64,000 nucleotides of DNA from Amphiscolops sp. MND2022 (Eukaryota). Positions 35,480 to 45,927 of this stretch are shown here, piece by piece (the stretch's first letter is position 1; every line of letters begins with the position of its first letter). The position numbers and the translations under genes were made by a program. The notes below the pieces were generated by a model. It was not told the origin of the DNA. It did not search any database and worked only from the letters and a program-made list of their open reading frames with translations. Location of the stretch: contig OZ076410.1 of NCBI GenBank assembly GCA_964187785.1, positions 85,994,001-86,058,000 on the forward strand, given 5' to 3'.

Positions 35480-38400
35480 GGTATTTTTGACGTGCACTCC
35501 AAAATGTATTTTGGCATAACTAATCAGATCAACTTATCAGCATCTTTTCTGGCTCATGTGGTTTTCATCATTCTGCGAAGATGGTTCGATTGTGCTCCGA
35601 ATGGTTATTTGAAAAATTGGTGAGTCAGATGCGCCTTTGTAAGTTTTCATTGTTTTTTGTTTTTTGTAACACAATCAGAGAGTTTGCCAAGTTCAAATTT
35701 TCAAGTATAAAGCCACTAGATGTAACTCGACAATCATCATAGATGTTTTGCTGTTCTAGCACACGTTGAGTTCGCCTTTACTTGGAGCGCGATACTGTAT
35801 TGCGATTAAATACAGTGCTTGCATTCTTGGAAACTCGTCAGCGATGGTCCAGGCAAGTTCAGTGTGGATTCCGATGGGATGATTGCAGGATATCGGACAT
35901 TCAGTACAATCTCAACTCAGAATCATGACGTTCAAAGTACAACGTCATTCTTTCCGTTGTTCGTTTCGCAGAATCCGAGGTGGCGTGATTGACATCGAGA
36001 TTCGCACATTTCATTCATGTAGACAAGATCGGTGGTAGCATCCCGGTCGAACTGTCCCTGTTTTTCTGTCATTTTAAGAATGTTGGCATTCTCTAAAACA
36101 AAGTAGGTGGAGAAGAAGGAATGATCTCATAACGTGTATCGCAGTCTGCAGATTGTCGTTGTTTTGTTACTGTTTCTTCGGACCTGTCTCGCGTTTCAGT
36201 GATGTGCTTGGAATTGGGGCTTCAGCGTGTGAGATTGTCGAGATGTATTTCTCGAGAACGTATCGTGTCAGCTTAGTGGAGGAGAAGAACAGAAGCTAAT
36301 TCTGATTTCTGGCTCTAAATTCGCAAATCTCATTTGACCAGATAGTTGCTCATCAAGAGTTTTTTTGAGTGTGGAAGAAACTGCTCTGATCTCGGTAAGA
36401 ATCTGGCGTTACTGTATTATATTGCTGCCAAGATAAAGCAGAGACGCCAGAAAATTCAAAGAGTTCTAGAGCTTAAATTCATACAGCTTGAAATAGTAGT
36501 ATCAAGTCAGCACATCCGTTCGTGGATTGACAAGCGGGGAGGTGTGCTGCTTAGACTTTGTGTAATGTTATTTTGTAGATCTTTCAAGGTAATAATAGGA
36601 AGTTCGTAAGTCTTAAGCTAAGCCGTCGACGAGTTGACTCTTTTCTTTCAAGTTTCACTAGAACTATTTCACTCAGAAACTAAGAGACTGAAGGACTTAG
36701 ATCTCAGATTTTCTAACTTTCTCTTCTTAAGTGAGAAGGCTTCTAGAATCTAAGAATCGAGCTCTTCTTCTGATGGGTTAGTTACAATACTTACTTCAAG
36801 GATTATTAAGATTAGATAGAATTCAAATCAGTCTACGATGACAACAGTAAGATTAGATCTATGATGGTTTTTTCACCAAATGTCAACAATCTAATAATGA
36901 AGTATTGACTTCTAAATGAAGTGACATCTGTCAAGTTATTAGGTCAAGAGTTTAGATACATTTCAAGATCATGGCATCACAATCAACCGGGAATATTTGA
37001 AAAAGAAAGGGTATCTGCACCTTTGGAGTGGTGTGTTTCAAAAGGATTTGTTTAGGTTTGAGATGGTTTAGAGTCTCATTTCTAGTTTAGGCATAATTCA
37101 AATCTGTCTAAGATGGCATCAATAAGATTAGATCTATAATGAAACAGTCATTAAATGTCTGCAATCCAATAATGATGTATCAACTTCTAAATGATGTGAC
37201 ATCTGTCAAGTTATTAGGTCAAGTGGTTAGATTTATTTCACGATTATGAAAATACTTGAGGACGTGCAACATGACATCACAATCAACTGGGAACTTTTAA
37301 AAGAAGATCTAATGTTGGAGTAGTGTCGCAAAGTTTTTGTTTCAGTTTGGAGTGGTTTAAGAGTTACATATTTTGGTTCCAAAGCGCATGAATGATAATA
37401 AAGGAGTGAGAACAACCTAGGACGCTTTATTTTCTTATGTTTTTAGACGGTTCACTTTGGTGCAAAGTTTTTGCGGTCAAAGAGTTTGACTGACAGTTCC
37501 GTTCAAGTAATTGTTTGACAACTTCTCTTTAAGCATGAAAATTGTAAGGATCTCTTCATCGGCCTTTAATCAATAAAAATCTTCAACTTAAAAGAGAGCT
37601 TTCGAAGTGAAACATTTTGGATTAGAAGAAGTGTGATAAAGTTGTCAATGAGTTATGAACCAACATTGGCTGGTAGTGAACAAAAATTGAAGAAGTCAGC
37701 CAAGGTTCTATTTCATTTTCAAAGTGAAGAATAAGAGTGAGCGTTGAAAAAGTGTTTACAACCTTAAAGTAAAAGTGCCTAAATCTCAAGTGAAAATCTT
37801 AAGTTGTCTCTTTTTGTGTTCTGTCAGAAAAACAACGATCATTTTGTTAGAAGTCTTGAAGTGTTATGAAAAATTTTTTATACCATAAAAAGAAAACTAT
37901 ACAAAAATGTTTGAGGTGTAAAATAGGAGTAATTTTGTAATACGCACTATGTCACTTATAAGGATACAAGGTTACAATGATAAATAAGATAACAAGATTA
38001 AACAGATTACAAGATTATTTTAGCACTAATTTAAATTAGGGTTATAAGATTACATATGACTAGCATCAAAAGTATTGAAATTATGGGTTATTTAAGAACA
38101 TTTTGTTAGCATCAATACTATGGGAAATATGGGTTATAAAGTTAAATCAGATGAAGATTACAAGAAAAGTTAGAACAAAAGTTTAAAATTAAAATGAAAT
38201 GTTAGTCTGAAAGTTTAAAGTTTGAAACCGTTTTGACGGAATGATGATGAGAAGTTGAGTGATGAATTGACGATGTGCGAAGAAATGAAGAGTGATGATT
38301 GGATGATCTGCGAAGAAGTGAAGAGTGATGACGTTGGAGAAGAGCAACGTTGAAAAGGTTGGAGCCGGCCAGGCAGTGAAGAATGAGGCATGTCGTGTGG

Positions 38401-39050
38401 AGGTTAAGAGTAGAAGAGTACCGTCAATCGCTGACTTGCTGCATGATGTGGGTATCAAAAAGGAGAGCAAGAAGGAAAGACACGAGTGAGATGAATGAGT
38501 GATGGTAATTTATATCCAGAAAATGGATGTATTTGTGGTGGTTGGACATGGTGCTTAGTCGGATTGTACGGCTCCAACTGTTGGGTGTAGCCGAATTCAA
38601 GCATTGTGGAGTTGAATGCGTCGCGAGCTTCTGCCAAGCATGTTGAAAATAAGTCTCTTTGCTTGTGAATGAGGTGTCGAGTCTTCGAATCTATGGAGAA
38701 GGGGTCTATGAGGAAGACCACAAAGAGGTAATTTTATATTGAGTATCATAAGTTTTTAAAAGTAAAATTGTTCTCGATTTTGGGTATGGAAGGAATGTCT
38801 GTACCTCTGTTCTAAAAATTGGGTATAAAAGGACTAAGAATAGATCGAATATTAGTGCACGACCTGGATTGAATGCAAAGAAAAGCCATAGAAGTATGAT
38901 AAATTTAAAAGAAGATCATCGGCTGAAGACATTTGTTTAAATAGGTTTATACTGTAATACAAAATTTTTGTTCAATAATTTAGAATAGAATATGTATTTT
39001 ATTTTGTATGATATTATATTGAAAGTTCTATACGATGTAGTATAAGAATA
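35480..39050 (-). mobile_element. Third family-B Gypsy remnant: accessory ORF, 3' region, duplicated LTR start, LTR and a downstream coding-like remnant
   Basis: ORF 38455-38721 EARDAFNSTMLEFGY; 37380-37740 matches 20180-20530; LTR start motif at 37281 and again at 36981. Confidence 0.75.
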
Positions 39051-39539
39051 CTATAGTAATATGTAGTACGTGTAGCTAAGTTCGAGTGTAGCTGAGTTTG
39101 CTGGAAAGGTTTGGAACGTTTAAAATCTGTGAGTCTTGTTTTTTTTGCGGTTCCTAGACAATTTCCTCCCTAATATATTTTCACAGATGCGTGTGCAAAA
39201 GGGTATCATGGGTTCATCTGATATTTAGTTCATGAATTTTGCCCTATGTGGAAAGTGAATGCCATAAACAATAAAAACTTCTATTGTCGTTGTTTGTAAA
39301 GAGTTTAATAAATGGTCAATGTCTGAAGCAAATGTTTCCACAATTGGTCGTTATTATAGGGACTTTTTTTATCGTCGTTAAACTCCTTAGAAGAACCTTC
39401 AAATTAGAAATTTTTACAAGTTTTGTTATGGTTATAACAACAGCAAAATTGTGTTATGATAAAGCAACATAATATGCAACATGTCATTGCATTCAAGCGT
39501 GAGGCAAAATTTTGTCCAATCCAAGTTGGTGGCAAATTC

Positions 39540-39866
39540 CAGCGTTCGGATTCCGTACCTGTTCCAAATCAACAGGGTTCGGAAAACTTGGCTAACCAAA
39601 TGGAGTCACAGGCTGTACGTAATGAACCTGTTCCGCCAATGAATGATCTCCCTAGTGAACTGGATCGGCCATATATGGCTGGTCAAGGTGGTCAAACACA
39701 AACTGCATCTAATTCAGGCCTGGCTGATGGGAGGAGACCACAAGCTGCATCTAATGAACCGAATTGGGCAATGAATGCCTTCCCCGATCGACTGCAGTTG
39801 ACAAACATGGTCAACCAAATGTCACAACAGCCTACAGTATCTCAGCCTGCTGAATCTCAGGGATGA
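39540..39866 (+). CDS. Q/N/P-rich terminal coding segment of a duplicated host-like gene, copy 1
   Basis: Open frame ending ...NMVNQMSQQPTVSQPAESQG*; close paralog at 42470-42808 with the frame and stop position conserved. Confidence 0.6.
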   Translation, partial: QRSDSVPVPNQQGSENLANQMESQAVRNEPVPPMNDLPSELDRPYMAGQGGQTQTASNSGLADGRRPQAASNEPNWAMNAFPDRLQLTNMVNQMSQQPTVSQPAESQG

Positions 39867-40044
39867 TTTTTTCATCAAAATTTGGACGAAATAACTCTCA
39901 CAAGATCAAAAAAAGGCAACTTCGGTTAAAACTCTAAAAAGAATATCTTACTTTTTTTGTTTTGGAGATACTACGATATTTCTGGAGCTGAAATCTGCAA
40001 ATACTGAATGAACAAAATACTGAAGTTAATGCTGACAATTTTTT

Positions 40045-40637
40045 AGGAATCGGAAAAAACTTTCGACTGCTTATGCAATCGTGTCGTTCTTTTATTTTTT
40101 TCCCGACCTTTTCATGAAAATTTCAAATTTCTCAGAAACTGTCCAAACGATTTTCATAAAATTCTACATTCTTCAAGTCTTTCTACACTCACAGGGTCCC
40201 TTCGTGCGGAAAGACATCAAAATCGCATATCTGGAATGTGAGAAACATAGCCAAAAGTAGCCCAAAAATGGCCAGAAAACAGTCATTTTTGATTTTTTTA
40301 ATTTTCTAAACAACTGTCCGTACGATTCGAACGAAACTTTCTACAACAGTCATTCTACACCATATTATGGTCCTTTATGTGCAGTTTCATTAAATTCGTA
40401 TGGCTGAGATGTGAGAAACAGCCAAAAGTCACCCAAAAATGACCAAAAAACCGCCATTTTTCGATTTCCTCAAAAACTGTCCATACGATTCGAACGAAAC
40501 TTCCTACAGTCGTTTTCTACACCATAGTAAGTTCCTATGTGTGCAATTTCAATCAATTTGTTTGATTCTGGGATTGGAGCGAGTCAGAAGGAAAAAGACC
40601 TAAACCGACTCCTTTACCGCATATGCGGCTCTGGTTT
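40045..40637 (+). mobile_element. Helentron/DINE-1-like non-autonomous element, family H1
   Basis: 5' AGGAATCGG with a nearby inverted partner; 3' subterminal CCGACTCCT (40605-40613); terminal palindrome CCGCATATGCGG (40617-40628); T-rich insertion site; no TSD. Confidence 0.75.
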
Positions 40638-41640
40638 CCAAAAAGCTTTCAGTATCTGTTAAAACTTCAATAGGGATTTTCACACCTGAATTCTGATACA
40701 AGTGTTTAAACTGATTGAAACTTCCATTGCTCAAATTCCAGTTTTGACTGAATTTTATCGAGCTGTCTAAACAATGCATATTACGTTTGGCGGCGATTGG
40801 AAAGTTTCTGAATGCAGTACTTCTATTACTAAATGCAGCTGAGACAGCACAAATCCTACAGCTATCACAACGCAGCTCAAACGTCAGTGATTTTTCAGAT
40901 TTCCAAGTTGGCCTAAAAGTAAAGAGCAATTCAAAAAATTGAAGTGTGAAAAAAGTGGTGCAAAGAGTGAAGAAGTGGAGAAAGTATTAGTTTTGATTGA
41001 AATAGTAGACACTGCCCTGTAATTCTAGTTTTCTCAACAGGATTCCGAAATTTTTCCCTTCTTTCTGTAAACTTCTGTGAAAAATATCTTGAAACTCTTG
41101 CCGAGATCTTGCACAGTGTTACAAATTTCCGTTTACTCATGAAAGCCTTGATAATATCTTCAGACAAACCTCTTGAAGTTCTTGATGGGAATCTAGACAA
41201 GAGTCGTCTTATCAAGAGTGTCAAGAGAATGAATAACTTGTGAAACAAATAGCATTTTTAATAAGTATATCTCTACTGTTCGCACTACCAGCTACGCTTT
41301 CATTCTTGGAAGTATTGGATAAAGGACAACACAAAGTATTTGATTTCAGAACGTGATATCTTGGTTGGTAGCACGAACAGCTGATGTATAATAGGTACGC
41401 TGATCAAGACGCAGTTGACGTCAGTTTTTGTTTGTTTCCATTCACTTCTTTCACTTTTTCTCTTGAATTCTTGTCAAGATCTTGCAAGATCGTACATATT
41501 CATGGCGCTATTTAAAAAAATCTTACCAAGATTCTTCTTTTAAGGGTTTTACGAAAATGCAAGATTCCTATCAAAAATTTCAAGAGTTGGTCTATTCAAC
41601 GAGGCTTGTTCTTTGACAATTCTGGTTGTTCTTCGGGATT

Positions 41641-42161
41641 TTTAGTCGGCGCTTTTATAAATAAAAGAGCCCGACTATTACAGTCACTCGTTTTTTTTTC
41701 GTTAAGACAGACTCGAAGCGACGAACGTTAAAATTAACGTTCAACTACTAAATACACTACTAAACTACTGGACCGGCAAAGGCAAACGGAGAGCGCATTT
41801 AGGATAGTGCACAGGGTCGGTCCCCCCTTTCAGTTACTCCATTTTTATCGTAAGATACAAAACAGGACGAGACTATAGGGTTTGAGTTTTTTTCGGCACT
41901 ATGTGACTTTTTTTCGAAATTTTTTTGTCTCCAAAGGGTCCCCCTTCAAGTTTTTTGATATTTTACAGCAAATTGAAGTTTCAAAAAGCCCAAAGGCTCT
42001 CCCCTTTCAAGTTATTCGGCACTATGAGACTGGCTTAAAATTCTTATTTTTCGATTTTTCTTTTTTTCAAAAAACCCAAAGGGTCCCCCTTTTACAATTT
42101 CAAAAACTTTGCGCTTTTGAGCCTTAGATATAGCGCCCACTTTAGACGTTCCCGTCTTGTT
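41641..42161 (+). mobile_element. Helentron/DINE-1-like non-autonomous element, family H2
   Basis: 5' subTIR AGTCGGCGCT (41644-41653) with partner GAGCCCGACT; 3' subTIR AGCGCCCACT (42132-42141); stem-loop AGACG-TTCC-CGTCT (42144-42157); T-rich ends. Confidence 0.75.
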
Positions 42162-42469
42162 ATCAGAGATTTATCAAAATTTCAGATCAAATAAAGAGTT
42201 TAGGAAGCAAGCAAAAATTTTAGTTGAAAGTTGATCCTGTTCGTGGCAGCCTTGGCCAATGTTTCCCAGGTTTTGTGATGATGGAATAAACACTTCGACG
42301 AACTTAACTATTAGTCACTATTCGTCTTTGAACTTATTGGTAGTCACTGTTGTCTTGTCAGTCGGCGCTTTTCCAAGAGAAAAGTGCCCGATAAATATAG
42401 TGGCTAGTTTTTTGCCATTACAGAAATTCATTGTGCAGACTTTTTCAAAACAAAACTTTCTCTGATGAT

Positions 42470-42808
42470 TATTGAGTTATCATCTCTGCACAAAATCAGC
42501 AAGCGATGGGCATCTTTCCTCCAAACCAGCAGTATCAGCAAATGGGCCCACATGCTGCATTTAATGAACCTGTTCCACCAATGAATAACCTCCCTAGTGA
42601 ACTGGATCCGCCATATGTGGCTGGTCAAGGAGGTCAAACACAGACAGCACCTACTTCAGGCCTGGCTGTTGGAATGAGACCACAAGTTGCATCTAATGAG
42701 CCGAATTGGGCAATGAATGCCTTCTGTGATCAACTGCAGTTGACAAACATGGTCAACCAAATGTCACAACAGCCTGCTGTGTCTCAGACTACTCAATCTC
42801 AGGGATGA
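42470..42808 (+). CDS. Q/N/P-rich terminal coding segment, copy 2 (a third, stop-containing partial copy at ~42980-43100)
   Basis: NEPVPPMNNLPSELDPPYVAGQGGQTQT...NMVNQMSQQPAVSQTTQSQG* aligns without gaps to copy 1. Confidence 0.6.
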
Positions 42809-43338
42809 TTTTTCCGTTTTTAATTGGACGAGATAACTTCCACAAGACAAGAAAAAAAACCACAGCTCCAGTAAAAAGTTTGAGAAGAGCACTAAATTAC
42901 GTTTTGAAAAAAAATCGAAGCTTCTGGAATTGAAAGTAAACATTTTGCAAAAAAAATTTAACAAACATTTCCTACAATGATTATAGAGGTATCATCTCTG
43001 TACAAAATCAGCAACCGGTGGGAAACGTTCCTCCAAGCTAGCAGTATCAGGAAACGGCACCATATATTCCATGGAGAAAGTTAACTGCTTTATTGGGCAT
43101 TGAGCCCGATATCAGTACATTGAGGAGGGGATCACAGTGAACTTAGCGAACTCTAACTTTGAACTTTACTCAGCTTTACAACAATGTGAACAACTTTGTT
43201 TTATCGAGGAAACAAATTTTTAAATATCAAAATTTTACCATCATAACCATATCAAAAGATCATAACCATTGAATTTAAATGCAAAAAACTTTTAGAAGAA
43301 TTTTGTTCACAAGTTTCTTGAGAAGGAGTCAATTTTAG

Positions 43339-43443
43339 CTAATCATTTCGTGCAATCAATTGAATATACAAGAAGATTGACTACCTTGGCAAACTCTCTC
43401 GCAACGTTGCATCAGAATGAAGTGAATGAAAGAGCTAGAACAG
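43339..43443 (+). CDS. Candidate 105-nt phase-1/1 exon, copy 1
   Basis: TTTTAG acceptor, CAG|GTAGTG donor, open frame NHFVQSIEYTRRLTTLANSLATLHQNEVNERART; paralog at 45190-45288. Confidence 0.55.
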
Positions 43444-43613
43444 GTAGTGTAAGAACTAAAATGAACCTTTATTTGAAAAAAAAGAATAGGACAAAAATAA
43501 AACTAGCTCTGATTTCTGCTATCATCCAAGTTACTTGAAAATCAAACAAACAAACATTTTTTTCTTGTGCACTTGAAATGTAGGTTTCCAAATAGTGAAA
43601 AAACTTCCTAATT

Positions 43614-44110
43614 TCATTTTTCATTGATTGTATTTACTACTGAATTGGCATATGGGTTCGTTTTCATCATGGTGGAAGTAGCTAATCCCTTCATAATTAG
43701 CGTATTTTGGATGGAAGGAAGTATTTTCTGGGCATTTGCCCTACTATTTGAGTTTTCTCCTTGAGAATTCAGGCTAGTTCCAATATCATTAAACCTTCTC
43801 GTAACTTGATTTGTAACCTTATCACTGATCATTTTGGTTGTCTCTATGACAATTTCTCTGTTTTCGCTGCTATTTGTTTTGGGCAATGATCTAAAGCCCT
43901 CTCCTGCAAGGTTAGAAGTCTGCTTGACGCTAAGTCCTGATTGGAATCACTGTCATTCTGACCACTTTTCTGAGCATTTCGTGAGTAGCTTCCTCATAAT
44001 AAATCTACATTTTCCAGATCAGACATCACGTCCGATTGTCTCGATTGCTTTTCTCTAACTTTCTGCTTTCTACTAGATGGCATTTTAGAAAGTGATTGTT
44101 CCGAAGTTTA
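43614..44110 (-). pseudogene. Gag-like N-terminal fragment of another LTR family
   Basis: MPSSRKQKVREKQSRQSDVMSDLENVDLL* then ENREIVIETTKMISDKVTNQVTRRF..ILPSIQNTL, a predicted helical gag-like segment; recognised by resemblance only. Confidence 0.4.
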
Positions 44111-45189
44111 ATTGTCAAACTCGAGGTTTTAACAAACGGTTTCGGAGAGAGACAAATCAGTATTATTAGACAAACTGGTAGCGTTTGTATTCTATCTTGC
44201 AAAACTTAATTGAAACCCCTTGGTGACAATTCCCTTGTTTATGTAAAAAACAGAAGATGACACGAAAAATAATGCATGTAACTACGTTAAAAAAAGCTCC
44301 TAGGTTTAGTTAGGAGAAAGGAAACCCAAAATAACGTCATCATTACGTTACTAAAGGGTTTATAGCATCAAAGGACTGGGGGTATATATGGCCAGAATAT
44401 CTAAAGTATTTATAACTACGTTTTTCAAACCAATGCGATTGGCAGCAACACATGTAATTCTATTTGAAGGCAAATATTGAATGCTGTAATAGCACCGTGA
44501 CGGACGCCGAGTCCATCCCGCTAGAGTAAATGTACAGTGAATTTCTAATCTGATGTGATGATATAATGCCGGGCAACACGTACAGTAATCTAATACTCTA
44601 AATTACTTGAATTACTTTTCTTCTGATTGAGTATTTGCATGATATTTAATCAAGCAATTCAAATTGTTTGAACATCTTCATTCGATTCACATTTCACCAT
44701 CTTCTTCTGGCAACTGAAGAAGCACAAAAAAGATTAGAACGACAAATCATTCAGTAATCAACTATAAACAATAAAAAGGTTTCCCTGTAGCTGTACGGAC
44801 TGTCGGTCAGCGTGAATCAAATAGGGTTCGTTCTGGGTAGTTTTTATTCTTCATGTAGCAAGTTGACTTGAGGGTCCCTGTGGTTTAAACTGGTAATACC
44901 ACTGTCTGGGGTTAGTTTCGTCTCCCGGAATTTTGTATCTGATAGATATTGTCATCACAGGCGGCAGCATGCGACACTCCCCTAGGGACTAAAATGACAG
45001 AGCCCTGGTTCATTCCTGCCAAGTAACCTTCACGTTTTTTATGGCGTTCGGCGTGGATTTCTTCTCTCCTAGATGTTGCCTCTAAGTAGGCTAAGACGGC
45101 TGTCTCTATTATTTGCTCGGAAGTGCGTCCTTTGAATTAAAATGCAAAAAACTTTTTTCACAAGTTCCATAAGAATGAGTCAATTTTAG

Positions 45190-45288
45190 CTAATCAGTTT
45201 GTGAACTCAATTGAACATACAAGAAGATTGACCATCTTCGCAAATTCGCTCGGAGCTGTGCAACAGATGGGAGTAAATGAAAGAGCAG
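45190..45288 (+). CDS. Candidate 99-nt phase-1/1 exon, copy 2
   Basis: TTTTAG acceptor, CAG|GTATAA donor, NQFVNSIEHTRRLTIFANSLGAVQQMGVNERA; flanking intron sequence is also duplicated (43280-43610 vs 45140-45460). Confidence 0.55.
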
Positions 45289-45927
45289 GTATAATAGTGT
45301 AAGGACTGAACTGACCGTTTGTTTGTAAAAAAAGAATAAGACCAAACCAAAGCTAGCTCTGATTTCTTCTATCATCCAAGTTACTTGAAAATCAAATGAA
45401 CAAACATACTTTTCTTGGGCACTTGATTTGTAGGTTTCCAAGTAATGAAAAAAACTTTATTCATTTTGGACACTTTTGTAACATTCGACACCCAATTTGG
45501 AACTTTTGTATATTTGGCAGGTACTTCTTCATTTACTGAGGCCATTCAACTCTTTTACATCAAGATAATTCGTAATATGTGTTTTTGAAACAGGTTTTTT
45601 CTTTTATTACATTTTGTTCACTCTCCCGCTTTAGCCGTACTGTCTGGTCGTACCATTAGAGTTTTTGCTGAGGGAAGATGATTTACACCGACTAGTACTT
45701 CAGCAAGGCAGTCATTGGAGTCTGAAGGAGTAGTTTGGTTTGTTTTCTCGCCGACTGTGTCCTTAGAATTGTCTTTTTATTCTGTAACTGTATTCACAAC
45801 GCTGTTTTTGCTGATGCTTTGGGTGTTTTTCGAGTGCATTTTGGGTGGGTTGTCGTGTCGTAGCTGCTGCATTTAGGCATGTAGATCGTTTGTACATATT
45901 TACTTCCGTTTTGTTGGCAAGATTGGG

